Below, in pieces: positions 10,549-20,970 of a stretch of DNA of 64,000 nucleotides; position 1 is the stretch's first letter, and every line of letters begins with the position of its first letter. Source of the stretch: Candidatus Kerfeldbacteria bacterium (GTDB lineage Bacteria; Patescibacteriota; Patescibacteriia; UBA9570; XYC2-FULL-38-9). The translations under genes and the position numbers were made by a program. Below the pieces are notes generated by a model. That model was not told the origin of the DNA. It ran no database searches and saw only the letters and a list, made by a program, of their open reading frames with translations. The stretch spans positions 192,053 through 256,052 of the forward strand of contig JACPGJ010000007.1 of the NCBI GenBank assembly GCA_016182555.1. Reading direction: 5' to 3'.

Positions 10549-11106
10549 CTACGCAGGCTGAATAATATCAATCAATTCCTGGGCGGCGGCGTCTAGTTGG
10601 CCTTCATTGTTCGTAATACGATAATCCCAAAATTCTAAATGTTGCATTTCAGCTTTGGCAACTTCCAAACGATGTGCAATGACTTCTGGCGAATCTGAAG
10701 CGCGATTGACCAAGCGTTTCTCCAAAAATGCAAAGGATGGCGGTTGAATAAAGACGGTAATCACATCTGGAATCATCTCTTTGAACGTTCGCGCGCCTTG
10801 CGGATCAACACGAATAATAGTTACCGGATACTTTCTGCGCACCCGATCAACCTCGGTTTTGGTGCTGCCATACAAATTCCCATACACCTCGGCCCATTCC
10901 ACCATATCGCCCTGCTCCACCCGTTGTTCAAATTCTTCACGTGACACAAAATAATACGGTTGCCCCTCAGCTTCACCTGGGCGCATAGAACGGGTAGTGG
11001 TAGTGGTGATCATGCCAAAGTCCAGCCCCAATTCACGGGCTTTCCCAATGACTGAATCTTTTCCGGCACCAGAGGGGCCAGTAACCACCACCAACTTACC
11101 TTGCAT
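10549..11106 (-). CDS. gmk: Guanylate kinase
   Basis: GPSGAGKD, TTRSMRPGE, EWAEVYGNLYGS. Confidence 0.95.
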   Translation of the reverse strand: MQGKLVVVTGPSGAGKDSVIGKARELGLDFGMITTTTTRSMRPGEAEGQPYYFVSREEFEQRVEQGDMVEWAEVYGNLYGSTKTEVDRVRRKYPVTIIRVDPQGARTFKEMIPDVITVFIQPPSFAFLEKRLVNRASDSPEVIAHRLEVAKAEMQHLEFWDYRITNNEGQLDAAAQELIDIIQPA

Positions 11107-11118
11107 ATCTCAACGCCA

Positions 11119-13410
11119 TTAATCTTTTTGGAAAAAACGTGGTTTTCGGTTTCCGGAGCCACCTCGCCCAGCACCGCCGCCACCAAAATCACGACCGCCG
11201 CCATTTCCACCACGACCCGCGTGGCCACCAAAACCACCATTATCTTCTGGCGCTAAATCACAGGCTGCGTCTGGTGTACCGGGCGCCACCAACTCTTTGC
11301 GCGACAAACCAATGCGACCTTTTTCTTTATCGACTTCCATCACTTTCACTTTCAACATATCTCCTACTTTCAATACATCAGAAACAGCCTTAATACGCTT
11401 ATGGCAAACATTGGAAATATGGACCATACCATCTTTACCACCACCAAGGTCCACAATCGCCCCAATCTCTTTTCCACTATTACGGTCTTTCACAATGCTT
11501 GTCACTTCCCCTTCATACTCTTCTCCTACTTCAATTTCGCGCAGTAAATCTTGAATCATCTCTTTCGCTTTTTTCATTCCATCTTCATCGATAGCAGTAA
11601 TAAACACTGAACCGTCTTCTTCAATATCAATTTGCACGCCGGTTTCGTCAATAATGCCGTTAATGACTTTACCACCAGGACCGATCAACTCACCAATACG
11701 CGTTTCATCAATTTTGATTGTTTCAATACGCGGTGCATATTGGGACAACACAGGACGTGGTGCAGCAATCACCGCATTCATCTTCTCTAAAATACCGACA
11801 CGCGCTGTTTTTGCTTGTGCCAATGTATCGCGACAAATATCCAATGTAATTCCACCTAATTTAATATCCAGCTGAATGGCGGTAATACCATTGCGTGAAC
11901 CAGACACTTTAAAATCCATATCTCCAGAATGGTCTTCAATACCTTGAATATCGGTAATAATTTTATAACGTTTACGGTCTTGCGTGGTAATTAAGCCCAT
12001 CGCAATACCCGCAAGTGGTTGTTTCACCGGCACACCAGCAGCCATGAGCGCTAAACTCGATGCACAAATAGAAGCTTGTGAAGAAGAACCATTAGACATC
12101 AATACTTCAGAAACCACGCGAATGGTATAAGGAAAATCTTCTTTTTTTGGAATAATGGTTTCCAACGATTTTTCGGCAAGCATTCCGTGCCCAATATCTC
12201 GGCGAGATGGTCCACGCATTGGTTTTACTTCACCAACAGAAAAGGATGGAAAGTTATAATGATGCATGAATCGTTTTGTCCATTCCGGGTCAATACCATC
12301 AATAATTTGTGCGTCACCAGGAGCACCAAGGGTAATAGTGGAAAGCACTTGGGTTTCACCACGCTGGAAAATAGCGGAACCATGGGTACGAGGCAAAATA
12401 TCTACTTCTCCATATAATTCACGTACTTCATCTACAGCTCGGCCATCAACGCGCACGCCTTTTTCCAAAATAGCGGTTCGGAATTCTTGTTCATAATATT
12501 CTTCAAATACTTTTGAAGCTACTGCTTGTTCTTCCGACGTTGCAAATAACGCGAGTAACTGGCTTTTCACGGCTTCTTCTTTCTCTTTTCGCGCCTGTTT
12601 TTCACGAATACCAAACAAAGAAGCAATGTGTTCTTGCAAAAAGGACTCTGCTTTTGCCACCACTGCGTCATGCATTTGTTGTTCTTCTGCGGAGAGCACG
12701 GCTTTTGTTGGTTCAATTTTTGCGACACCAACCTCTTGTTGCACTTTGCGAATCAATTCAATCACTGGTTGTCCATTATTCAAACCAAATTCGAAACCGC
12801 CCATCGTTAATTCTTCACTTGCCTCTTGCCCTTTTGCTTCAATCATGACTATTTGGTCGTTTTTAACGGCCATGAGCAAATATAATTCGGCTTCAGCACG
12901 CTGTTCCGGGGTTGGATTAAGAATATATTCGCCTTTTACCGAGGCAACAGTAATACCAGCAATCGGTCCATCCCATGGAATATCAGAAATGCTGACTGCC
13001 GTAGAAGCAGCAATAAGCGCCACAAAAGCGGGATCAATCATTTGGTCGTAGGAAAGAACGTTCAAAACCACTTGAATATCGTTACGAATTCGATCATCAA
13101 ATAATGGACGCAGGGAACGATCGGTAATGCGGGCGTTCAAAACGGCTTCATCAGAAGGCCGGCCTTCACGTTTAATAAAGCGTGAACCTTTAATTTTGCC
13201 TGCCGCATACAAATTTTCTGCATATTCTACGCTTAATGGGAAATAATCTAACCCTTCCCGCAAGTGGCTGGACATGGTTGCGGTTGCAAGAACCACTGTG
13301 TCGCCGTAACGAACAAGCGCAGAACCATTGGCAAATGCTGCCAGTTTACCGGTTTCGATAGTGAGTGTTCTGCCTCCCCATTCAATAGAGAACTTTTTTG
13401 TATTGTGCAT
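11119..13410 (-). CDS. pnp: Polyribonucleotide nucleotidyltransferase
   Basis: Two RNase PH domains (FIKREGRP, HGSAIFQRGETQ, DMDFKV), KH and S1 domains; start set at MHNTKK. Confidence 0.97.
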   Translation of the reverse strand: MHNTKKFSIEWGGRTLTIETGKLAAFANGSALVRYGDTVVLATATMSSHLREGLDYFPLSVEYAENLYAAGKIKGSRFIKREGRPSDEAVLNARITDRSLRPLFDDRIRNDIQVVLNVLSYDQMIDPAFVALIAASTAVSISDIPWDGPIAGITVASVKGEYILNPTPEQRAEAELYLLMAVKNDQIVMIEAKGQEASEELTMGGFEFGLNNGQPVIELIRKVQQEVGVAKIEPTKAVLSAEEQQMHDAVVAKAESFLQEHIASLFGIREKQARKEKEEAVKSQLLALFATSEEQAVASKVFEEYYEQEFRTAILEKGVRVDGRAVDEVRELYGEVDILPRTHGSAIFQRGETQVLSTITLGAPGDAQIIDGIDPEWTKRFMHHYNFPSFSVGEVKPMRGPSRRDIGHGMLAEKSLETIIPKKEDFPYTIRVVSEVLMSNGSSSQASICASSLALMAAGVPVKQPLAGIAMGLITTQDRKRYKIITDIQGIEDHSGDMDFKVSGSRNGITAIQLDIKLGGITLDICRDTLAQAKTARVGILEKMNAVIAAPRPVLSQYAPRIETIKIDETRIGELIGPGGKVINGIIDETGVQIDIEEDGSVFITAIDEDGMKKAKEMIQDLLREIEVGEEYEGEVTSIVKDRNSGKEIGAIVDLGGGKDGMVHISNVCHKRIKAVSDVLKVGDMLKVKVMEVDKEKGRIGLSRKELVAPGTPDAACDLAPEDNGGFGGHAGRGGNGGGRDFGGGGAGRGGSGNRKPRFFQKD

Positions 13411-13488
13411 AGGTGTTGTATTCCCCCACACACCGCAGAGCGCTTAAATAGGCGTCTGAACGTGCGTGGGCGAATGATGAATAAATAA

Positions 13489-14034
13489 CTAATTAAATAT
13501 AATCTTTGTTTGGACCTCATCCAAAAATGCAGCATCTCCAAGAACAATATACAAATTGTTTGCAGTTTTCAATAATATATATTCCATTGATGAGCCATCT
13601 TTCGCTGACTTGCCTTGAATGCGTACACCTTCTCTACCATCCACAGTAAATGGCGTCTCTAATTCTGAACCATAACTTTCACGCATCATCTGTCCATACT
13701 CCAATGGAGCGATGATAACAGCATTTTCAGCAGCAAAATTGATATTTTTGAATGGTGCCACTTCTGTATATGATTGAATTCCGGGTGTTGAAGACATAGC
13801 CGGAATCCAAAAACCATACTGCTGAAGAAGGGTCCTTTTATCCGCATCTGAAAAACCATCTGGAGCGTTGGTATTTGCGTTATTTGTGGTATTATCTGAT
13901 GTTATTGGCTCTTCGTTAATCTCTTTTTTCGCTAAAAAAAGAACAATAATAATAATGACACCCACCAGACAGAACAACAGCAATCGGTGCTTGTGGTGCA
14001 TAGTCTGTGGCGCTTGCGAAGAAGGGGTAGGCAT
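13489..14034 (-). CDS. Hypothetical single-TM protein
   Basis: N-terminal TM helix then a soluble domain; co-oriented between rpsO and pnp. Confidence 0.6.
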   Translation of the reverse strand: MPTPSSQAPQTMHHKHRLLLFCLVGVIIIIVLFLAKKEINEEPITSDNTTNNANTNAPDGFSDADKRTLLQQYGFWIPAMSSTPGIQSYTEVAPFKNINFAAENAVIIAPLEYGQMMRESYGSELETPFTVDGREGVRIQGKSAKDGSSMEYILLKTANNLYIVLGDAAFLDEVQTKIIFN

Positions 14035-14037
14035 GAA

Positions 14038-14310
14038 TTAAATATTGTCTTTGAGTTTGAGCGTCGTGATCAACTTTTCGTACAGTTTTGGGCTGTCTTT
14101 CTTTAAATAACGCATTAAGCGGCGACGTTGTCCCACTTTTTTCAGCAACCCCAGGCGAGAAGAAAAGTCTTTTTTGTGCATTTTCAGGTGACCCGTAAGA
14201 TCCGCAATTTCGGCGGTGAGAATAGCAATTTGGACTTGTGGCGACCCTGTATCGTTTTTATGAGTCGCAAATTTGCTAATAATAGCGTTTTTCTGTTTCT
14301 TGGAAAGCAT
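14038..14310 (-). CDS. rpsO: 30S ribosomal protein S15
   Basis: DTGSPQVQIAILT, HKKDFSSRLGLLKKVGQRRRL; start MLSKKQK. Confidence 0.97.
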   Translation of the reverse strand: MLSKKQKNAIISKFATHKNDTGSPQVQIAILTAEIADLTGHLKMHKKDFSSRLGLLKKVGQRRRLMRYLKKDSPKLYEKLITTLKLKDNI

Positions 14311-14514
14311 AGGTTCATTTTTCACGATATCCGAGCACCTGTTCCTTAAGTCAACCCGGAGCCAAGATATCGTCATTATTAATTATAGAACGATTGTAAA
14401 ATATTTCACTCCCCTTGTCAATCTGAGCCAAAAAAACTACGTCTAAATCAAAAGAAGACGGTCCGTGAGGTACCCGCCTTCTTTTTTTTAGGTATTCCGT
14501 ATTTCAACGCTTAT

Positions 14515-17500
14515 TTATGATGCTGAAGTACGAAATGCACGCTTTTTCGATACATGAGAAGTATTATTTTTATTGAATCGCGCCTTCACAGTGAAATAAT
14601 ATGGGGTATTAGCATCTAACCCTTCTACGGTTAACTGATGCTTTTTAACAATATATTTCTGTACTAAGTCGCCATTCTTTGTATACACATTCACCACGTA
14701 TGAACTAATCACGCCAACCGGCTTACTCCAGCGCAATTTTGCTGTTTCCGCAGTGAGTTGACTTGCCTTCAGCCCAATGGGTGGAGTTGGCAGTGTACGC
14801 GTATTGAGCAGATCAGAGAATTCTGATTGAGAGCCGGTCGAACCAATCGAGCGAATTTTGAAACTATATTTCTTGTTCGCTTTCAATTTCTTAATCTTTT
14901 TGGTGAGCTTGTCGGTTGTCACCGTTTTCACCAACTTCCCGCTCTTACGGTTAATCACTTTAATCTGATATGAAGTCGCATCTCCTTCTTCATTCCATGA
15001 CAATGTGATTGCTTTTGCAAATTGAGTATCGACCGCGAAACCTGTGGGAGCTTCCAACACACCATCCGGTGTTGAGTTATCATCGTTATCTTGACCACCA
15101 TCGTTTGAATTATCATCTGCAGCAATAATGCTGCCTACAGAGGTAATAGAAAACGCAGAGAAATGATCCACACTGACAGTATAGGTATTATTCTCTGTAT
15201 CCACAACCGTACTGGGAACATCAACCCATGTGCCACCAGCTTCGTCATAATAACTCATATCCAATTCTTCTTCCGTCACGCCGGCCGCTTCCAAATTCGC
15301 TTCGTCATAAGGAAGAGTAAGTGTGGCCGTTCCGGCTAATTCGGTCACTGGAGCATTATTATCATCCGTCACACTCACCTCAATACCATAACTGAGCGTT
15401 TTATCCTCTGGTTCTTGAGCGAGTTCCAATGTTGGCTCAAGCACTACGGTCACTTGATCAATATTTTCCGATGTAATGGAATTTGCCGGCAAACTTAATT
15501 CTGTGCCATCCTCCAACGTCATCACCGCAGCATTTTGAGGATCAAATTGCGCTGTTTGCGCTTCTGGCAACTCCAAAAATTGCGTCAACAACACACTAAC
15601 GGTTTCTGTTGCAGAATCAACCACCACTTCAGACTGTTCGCTGTAATAGGAATTCTGACCAATTTGTTGCACCGCCGTGATATAGACCGTATCACCAATG
15701 ACTGCGGGAATTTCAAAATTACCATTCTCATCTGTTGTCGTTGTATAGGAATATCCATAGAGTGAATAGCTCGACACATACGCATTGGCTACACCATCGC
15801 CCTCTGCTAAGGTTCGACGATTGTTCACCGTAATGCCATACCCATCAACGATGGTACCGCTAATCGTTGCATCAGAATTTCCAAATTGGAGTGTGAGACC
15901 AGTTGCGCTCCCTGCGGTATCCGCGGTGACAGTAACCGTTTGCGGATCAATATAGTAGGTTGGTGAAGATGCGCTGACATAATACGTTCCACTTGGCACA
16001 TTCATACTGAAATTGCCATCAACATCGGAATATACATACAATTCAATATGGCCATACAGATCTTCGGTGTCACTGGTATTCTCTCCGTAACTCGTTGAGG
16101 CCTGTACATATCCTCCTTGAACGGCGTTTCCATCGGCATCAAGTAACGTACCAGAAATGGTCGCATCCGCATTTAATACATAGAGATTGAGAGATACTGT
16201 TTCATCTGCTGCTGGAGTGATTGTTTGTGAAGTATTGCCATAAGACATGTAATTATCATACGTCCAATAGCTCACATTCCACGTACCGGCAGAGAGTTTT
16301 AATGTATAATCAGATGTTCCAGCAACATACGCGTAGGTCCACCCACCATTTTCGCTACTGGCATAGACATACCCATACACATCCACCGGATTACTCTCTT
16401 GGTCAAGGAATTGACCAGTCACCGTGACATCATTTTCCAACATTTCAAGGGTCACATCTTTTGTTTCCGCTATTTCGGTAGTCACACTGGATGCGGCGAC
16501 ACCATCAATTTTCATACCGCTATAACTATACGTCGTTGTATCTGCAGTATAGTAGTATCCACTATACGAATAATACGACACGGCATAAGCTGTTTCAGAA
16601 GGAACATCCACGGTACAGGAACCAGAGTAGACATAGCAACCAAGCGACCACCACCCGCCTTCAGCATTTGGGTCATACACCGACACCCAACCATATTCGT
16701 TGGACAGTGCATTGCCGCTGTTATCTTTTGCAGTGAAACTGAGTGTTGAATCAGCGACTTGCAATAAGAAATTAATATCGCCAACGGTTTCACCATCGCC
16801 AACGGATACCACCTGACAACCGCCGGTGTACACTAAACTTCGGCCTAAATCATCAGTTAATCCCCAAGACGAAATACAAACTTGCCACTCACCATCAGTC
16901 ACTTGTAATTGATAAGAACCATCATTACTCGTGGTACCTGACGCCCATGCCCAGGTGCTATTTTCGTATGCATAGAGATAAATATTACCTACACCACCAG
17001 TGTTGGAAGTGGAAACAGTTCCTGTAATACGACTATTACGTGCTTTCAACGTAATGGTGCCCAAATCCACCGTTTCATTCTCTGCCACTTCTAACGGATC
17101 AATGGATGGGAAGGTATATCCGCTTCCCCAATCAGAGAAATAGCCATACACCGTAAATGTCCCTTCAGTGACCGGCATGGTGAATTGTCCATTGGCATCA
17201 GTATATCCATAGGTATACACGCTATTATTTTCCCCACCAGACGCATACAGATAAACCGCATACTCTCCAACCGGTAGACCGGTCTCTGGGTAGACAATCG
17301 TTCCCGTAATGTTAGATGTGTATCCCTCCACTTCAATGGCTAATGTTTCTGTTTCTACAGTACTGTCATTGGCAAATTCAACATACACGCTTCCGCCGGT
17401 GTAACTCCACGTGGAAGGGTAGGTGGTTGGATAAAGATACAAGCTCCATCCACCGCCAGTCACACTAAAAGAAAATGCACCCGTTGAATCTGTATTGGCA

Positions 17501-18927
17501 TACGCCCATGCCCAGTTGGAGGTATTATACGCATAAATATAAGCGTCCGTTACCGCCGTACCACCATTGCTGACCGTGCCTGAAATGGTTTTTGCTGCCG
17601 TAACTAATTCCAATGATAATGGAGTAATCGCCACACCCGCAGTAACAGAAATTTGTTGCGATTCTGGAGCAAAATATCCTTCTGGTAAACCATAATTACC
17701 TACATACAACGTGTAGGTATCTGTCACACCAAGCGCAAAGGAAAAATTACCCGAAGCATCGGTACAGGAATACCGATACACTGTCCAGTTCGTATTATAA
17801 ATCGACAAACAGACGTTACTGGCAACAACACCACCGGCCGTTACTGTTCCGGAAACTTCAGAAGGCGGAATGGAGATGGGATCAGCTAAACCCGATTCTA
17901 TTCCACTACTCACCGTAAAGGTATAAGAAAAATAATTATAATTGGTCGCAGATTGCGCAACATATAATGTATAGGTGCCGTCGGCAGCAAAACCACTAAT
18001 TTTTCCATCCGAATCTGTGGTACCTGATACCCAATTGGACCAATTTGCATCATACCAATACCAATATGAACCACTCACTGGATCTCCATTTTCATCTTCA
18101 AAATGTGTGACCACATTTGGTGCGGTGAACGAATATTCCACTGGCCCCATCGCCGTACCATCATACGTGAGCGTGGTTGCGCTTGGAACACTATTGGTGG
18201 TGGCTGCGCCATAATAGGAGAAGGAAACGCTATAGGTTCTATTCGTCGTTAAACCGGAAAAATAGGCCTGACCTTCGCTATCTGTTGTACCGGAAAAATA
18301 TTCGTACGTGCCGTCAGCGCCATAATAATTGACATACACATACACATCAGCAATAGGAGTCGTACCGTCAGCATCAGTGAGTAATGCAGTAAAATCAATT
18401 TGACCATAAGTCACCGTATCAGAAGCTGAAAAATAGATATAGGAATCTACACCGGACTCAGAACCATACAAACTAAAGGCTCCACTTGCTTCTACATTTG
18501 CTGGATTTTCTACACCCACAAGCGTAACAGAAACTGTTGCACCAGCAGCGAGATCGGCTGTGGGATAAAAACTCACCGATGTTTCTGATTGATATGACAC
18601 AGTTAATTCATTTGATGTAATCACCGCATTTGCCATATTCACCGATTCGGATGTATACACCGAATCAACGTAGCCATAGAGCAACGGCGAGGATAAAGAG
18701 ATATACCCTGCTGTGGTCATGGCCGTGGGCATGGTGAACGTGACGGTCAATGTGTCTGAAGCACCGGAACTCGTGTCAGTGGTAGCCACAGAGAAGTCAG
18801 TGACTTCATAGGAAAGATAATCGTAGGCATCGGCGCGTTGCGAAGGAATCAGCACGCCGAGCAGAAGAACAGCAGACATCAAAACCACTGTTTTGACGTG
18901 TGCAATGATACGTGAAGTAAAGTTCAT
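14515..18927 (-). CDS. Large secreted/surface protein with tandem beta-sandwich (carboxypeptidase-regulatory-like) repeats and C-terminal FN3 domains
   Basis: Signal peptide ending A-D-A; repeated ISGTV..TD..G.F....G.Y/W units; acidic body, Lys-rich FN3 tail. Confidence 0.8.
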   Translation of the reverse strand: MNFTSRIIAHVKTVVLMSAVLLLGVLIPSQRADAYDYLSYEVTDFSVATTDTSSGASDTLTVTFTMPTAMTTAGYISLSSPLLYGYVDSVYTSESVNMANAVITSNELTVSYQSETSVSFYPTADLAAGATVSVTLVGVENPANVEASGAFSLYGSESGVDSYIYFSASDTVTYGQIDFTALLTDADGTTPIADVYVYVNYYGADGTYEYFSGTTDSEGQAYFSGLTTNRTYSVSFSYYGAATTNSVPSATTLTYDGTAMGPVEYSFTAPNVVTHFEDENGDPVSGSYWYWYDANWSNWVSGTTDSDGKISGFAADGTYTLYVAQSATNYNYFSYTFTVSSGIESGLADPISIPPSEVSGTVTAGGVVASNVCLSIYNTNWTVYRYSCTDASGNFSFALGVTDTYTLYVGNYGLPEGYFAPESQQISVTAGVAITPLSLELVTAAKTISGTVSNGGTAVTDAYIYAYNTSNWAWAYANTDSTGAFSFSVTGGGWSLYLYPTTYPSTWSYTGGSVYVEFANDSTVETETLAIEVEGYTSNITGTIVYPETGLPVGEYAVYLYASGGENNSVYTYGYTDANGQFTMPVTEGTFTVYGYFSDWGSGYTFPSIDPLEVAENETVDLGTITLKARNSRITGTVSTSNTGGVGNIYLYAYENSTWAWASGTTSNDGSYQLQVTDGEWQVCISSWGLTDDLGRSLVYTGGCQVVSVGDGETVGDINFLLQVADSTLSFTAKDNSGNALSNEYGWVSVYDPNAEGGWWSLGCYVYSGSCTVDVPSETAYAVSYYSYSGYYYTADTTTYSYSGMKIDGVAASSVTTEIAETKDVTLEMLENDVTVTGQFLDQESNPVDVYGYVYASSENGGWTYAYVAGTSDYTLKLSAGTWNVSYWTYDNYMSYGNTSQTITPAADETVSLNLYVLNADATISGTLLDADGNAVQGGYVQASTSYGENTSDTEDLYGHIELYVYSDVDGNFSMNVPSGTYYVSASSPTYYIDPQTVTVTADTAGSATGLTLQFGNSDATISGTIVDGYGITVNNRRTLAEGDGVANAYVSSYSLYGYSYTTTTDENGNFEIPAVIGDTVYITAVQQIGQNSYYSEQSEVVVDSATETVSVLLTQFLELPEAQTAQFDPQNAAVMTLEDGTELSLPANSITSENIDQVTVVLEPTLELAQEPEDKTLSYGIEVSVTDDNNAPVTELAGTATLTLPYDEANLEAAGVTEEELDMSYYDEAGGTWVDVPSTVVDTENNTYTVSVDHFSAFSITSVGSIIAADDNSNDGGQDNDDNSTPDGVLEAPTGFAVDTQFAKAITLSWNEEGDATSYQIKVINRKSGKLVKTVTTDKLTKKIKKLKANKKYSFKIRSIGSTGSQSEFSDLLNTRTLPTPPIGLKASQLTAETAKLRWSKPVGVISSYVVNVYTKNGDLVQKYIVKKHQLTVEGLDANTPYYFTVKARFNKNNTSHVSKKRAFRTSAS

Positions 18928-19163
18928 ACGTTGACTGCAGTTATGAATAAAATTGATTATAAAAAAACCGCTCTTATGTGCGGCGTAATACAAAAAAACG
19001 ATCGTGAATAATTCTTCTGGTTTTGTTTTGTGATCCTCCTCATCCTCCGCAATTTTTTTTAACGGCTGTACTTTTTATAGTATACCAAATTTTTTCGCAA
19101 ACGTACAGAGCTCAATAATACAGTTATTCACAGGTCTCTCTTGCGGTGTGCGACCACTGGTTA

Positions 19164-19757
19164 TTATTCCGCGGTTCGTTGAACGCGTGGTCTTGCATAA
19201 GATGATCGCGAAGAGGAACGTGATGCTGTGCGCGGAGCTAGAGGTGTGCGTGCATTGCGTTTTTTGGGAATAAGAAAACGGCTGGTATCTTGGGATAAAT
19301 CATATACCGCATCAGCTTCAGCGCGAAGTTGAGAAGAGGCCGAAGAACCGAAAGCCATCACCTCTGCACGGCACCCTTGAGCTTTCACATAACGGAGTAA
19401 TTCGGCAAAATCGCCATCACCAGAGACCAAAACAATACCATCTACTTTTTGCGCCATGCGAACCACGTCCATGGCGAGACCAACATCCCAATCACCCTTT
19501 TTTGCGCCACCATAAAAACTGAGGAGTTCTTTGCTGCGTAGCTCGTATCCACGTTCTTGTAATGCATCAAAAAAAGTATTTTCTTCTTCTTTATCGGCTT
19601 GAATGACATACGCAAAAGCGCGAATTAATTGGCGTACACCGACAGCTTCTTTAAGAATTTCTCCAAAATCGACACGCTGATCGTAGAGCGCGCGAGCTGA
19701 ATAATACATATTTTGAACGTCGACGAATACAGCAACGCGTTGAGCAGGATTTTGCAT
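19164..19757 (-). CDS. NYN/LabA-family (PIN-like) protein
   Basis: FVDVQNMY, KGDWDVGLAMD, LVSGDGDF. Confidence 0.9.
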   Translation of the reverse strand: MQNPAQRVAVFVDVQNMYYSARALYDQRVDFGEILKEAVGVRQLIRAFAYVIQADKEEENTFFDALQERGYELRSKELLSFYGGAKKGDWDVGLAMDVVRMAQKVDGIVLVSGDGDFAELLRYVKAQGCRAEVMAFGSSASSQLRAEADAVYDLSQDTSRFLIPKKRNARTPLAPRTASRSSSRSSYARPRVQRTAE

Positions 19758-19856
19758 AATTGTTTATTTTTGACTACTAAAAAACTGATAATTATATACA
19801 TAATACCAAAAAATATTGTGTTTGTCAATATATTAATTGTGTCGTAAAATAACAAT

Positions 19857-20828
19857 ATGAGTAATAAAAGCCAAATTCATCGATTAAAAATAGAATTTTT
19901 AGAATACCTAGAAGTAGAAAAAAACCGATCAAGCAAGACGGTACAAAATTATGATTTTTATTTAACGCGCTTTATTTCCGAAACTGGAGTACGAAGTGCG
20001 GCAGATATCACATTGCCGAAAGTGAAACGATTTCGTGTCTGGTTGAACCGTATGGCAAATGAGCGGAACCTCACCGGTACCCTGTCGAAGAGAACACAAA
20101 ATTACCATATAATCGCGCTGCGTAGTTTTTTGAAATATTTAGCGAAGATGGATGTATTGTCTTTAGCACCTGAAAAAATTGAACTCGCCAAAGAAGGTCA
20201 ACGGCAAGTAGAATTCTTGGAAGAAGATGAATTAGAGCGCATTGTGGCCGCACCGTTATTCGACAAACAGGGTGAAGCAGTAACAAAGCCAGGGCTGATT
20301 CAAATTCGCGACAAAGCACTAATGGAATTATTATTTTCTACAGGCTTGCGTGTATCTGAAGCCGCGGGTTTGCGCCGTGAACAAATACACGTAAAACGTG
20401 ATGAGTTTACCGTGCGCGGAAAAGGATCGAAATTGCGTGTCGTATTTTTGAATGATAGAGCGCGCAATTGGTTGAAGCGCTATTTGGATGCGCGTGGCGA
20501 TACATCAATGTATGTATTTGTCAGCCACGACCGCGCTAAAGCAAAAGGTCGCCGCAAAGAAGAAGATAAACCATTAAGTCCACGCTCTATTGAGCGACTC
20601 GTGGAAAAATATGCGCGACAAGCGGGCATTGTAAAAAAAGTGGGACCTCACACGATTCGCCACAGTTTTGCGACCGATTTATTACGCAATGGAGCTGATA
20701 TTCGTTCAGTGCAAGCCATGCTGGGGCATGCTTCTATTACTACCACGCAAGTATACACTCACGTGACCGATAAAGGCCTACGCGAGGCACACAAAAAATT
20801 TCACGGGAAAGGACGAAAAAATCAATAA
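19857..20828 (+). CDS. XerC/XerD-like tyrosine recombinase
   Basis: STGLRVSE, VRGKGSK, HTIRHSFAT, LGHASITTTQVY. Confidence 0.92.
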   Translation: MSNKSQIHRLKIEFLEYLEVEKNRSSKTVQNYDFYLTRFISETGVRSAADITLPKVKRFRVWLNRMANERNLTGTLSKRTQNYHIIALRSFLKYLAKMDVLSLAPEKIELAKEGQRQVEFLEEDELERIVAAPLFDKQGEAVTKPGLIQIRDKALMELLFSTGLRVSEAAGLRREQIHVKRDEFTVRGKGSKLRVVFLNDRARNWLKRYLDARGDTSMYVFVSHDRAKAKGRRKEEDKPLSPRSIERLVEKYARQAGIVKKVGPHTIRHSFATDLLRNGADIRSVQAMLGHASITTTQVYTHVTDKGLREAHKKFHGKGRKNQ

Positions 20829-20970
20829 ATTCAAAGTGTAAAAATGGCTAAATTTAGCCATAAAATACAATGAACTTGAATTTTAACGGTTTAACATAAA
20901 AATTAACGTGATTTTTTACTTTTTTATGTAAAAATTTGCGTTATTCAATGTAATCCTCTATAATACAGCT

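Noticed and set aside
19857-20828. Xer recombinase as the island integrase
   Set aside because: It lies outside the island among core genes and looks like a housekeeping Xer; no evidence links it to the repeats.
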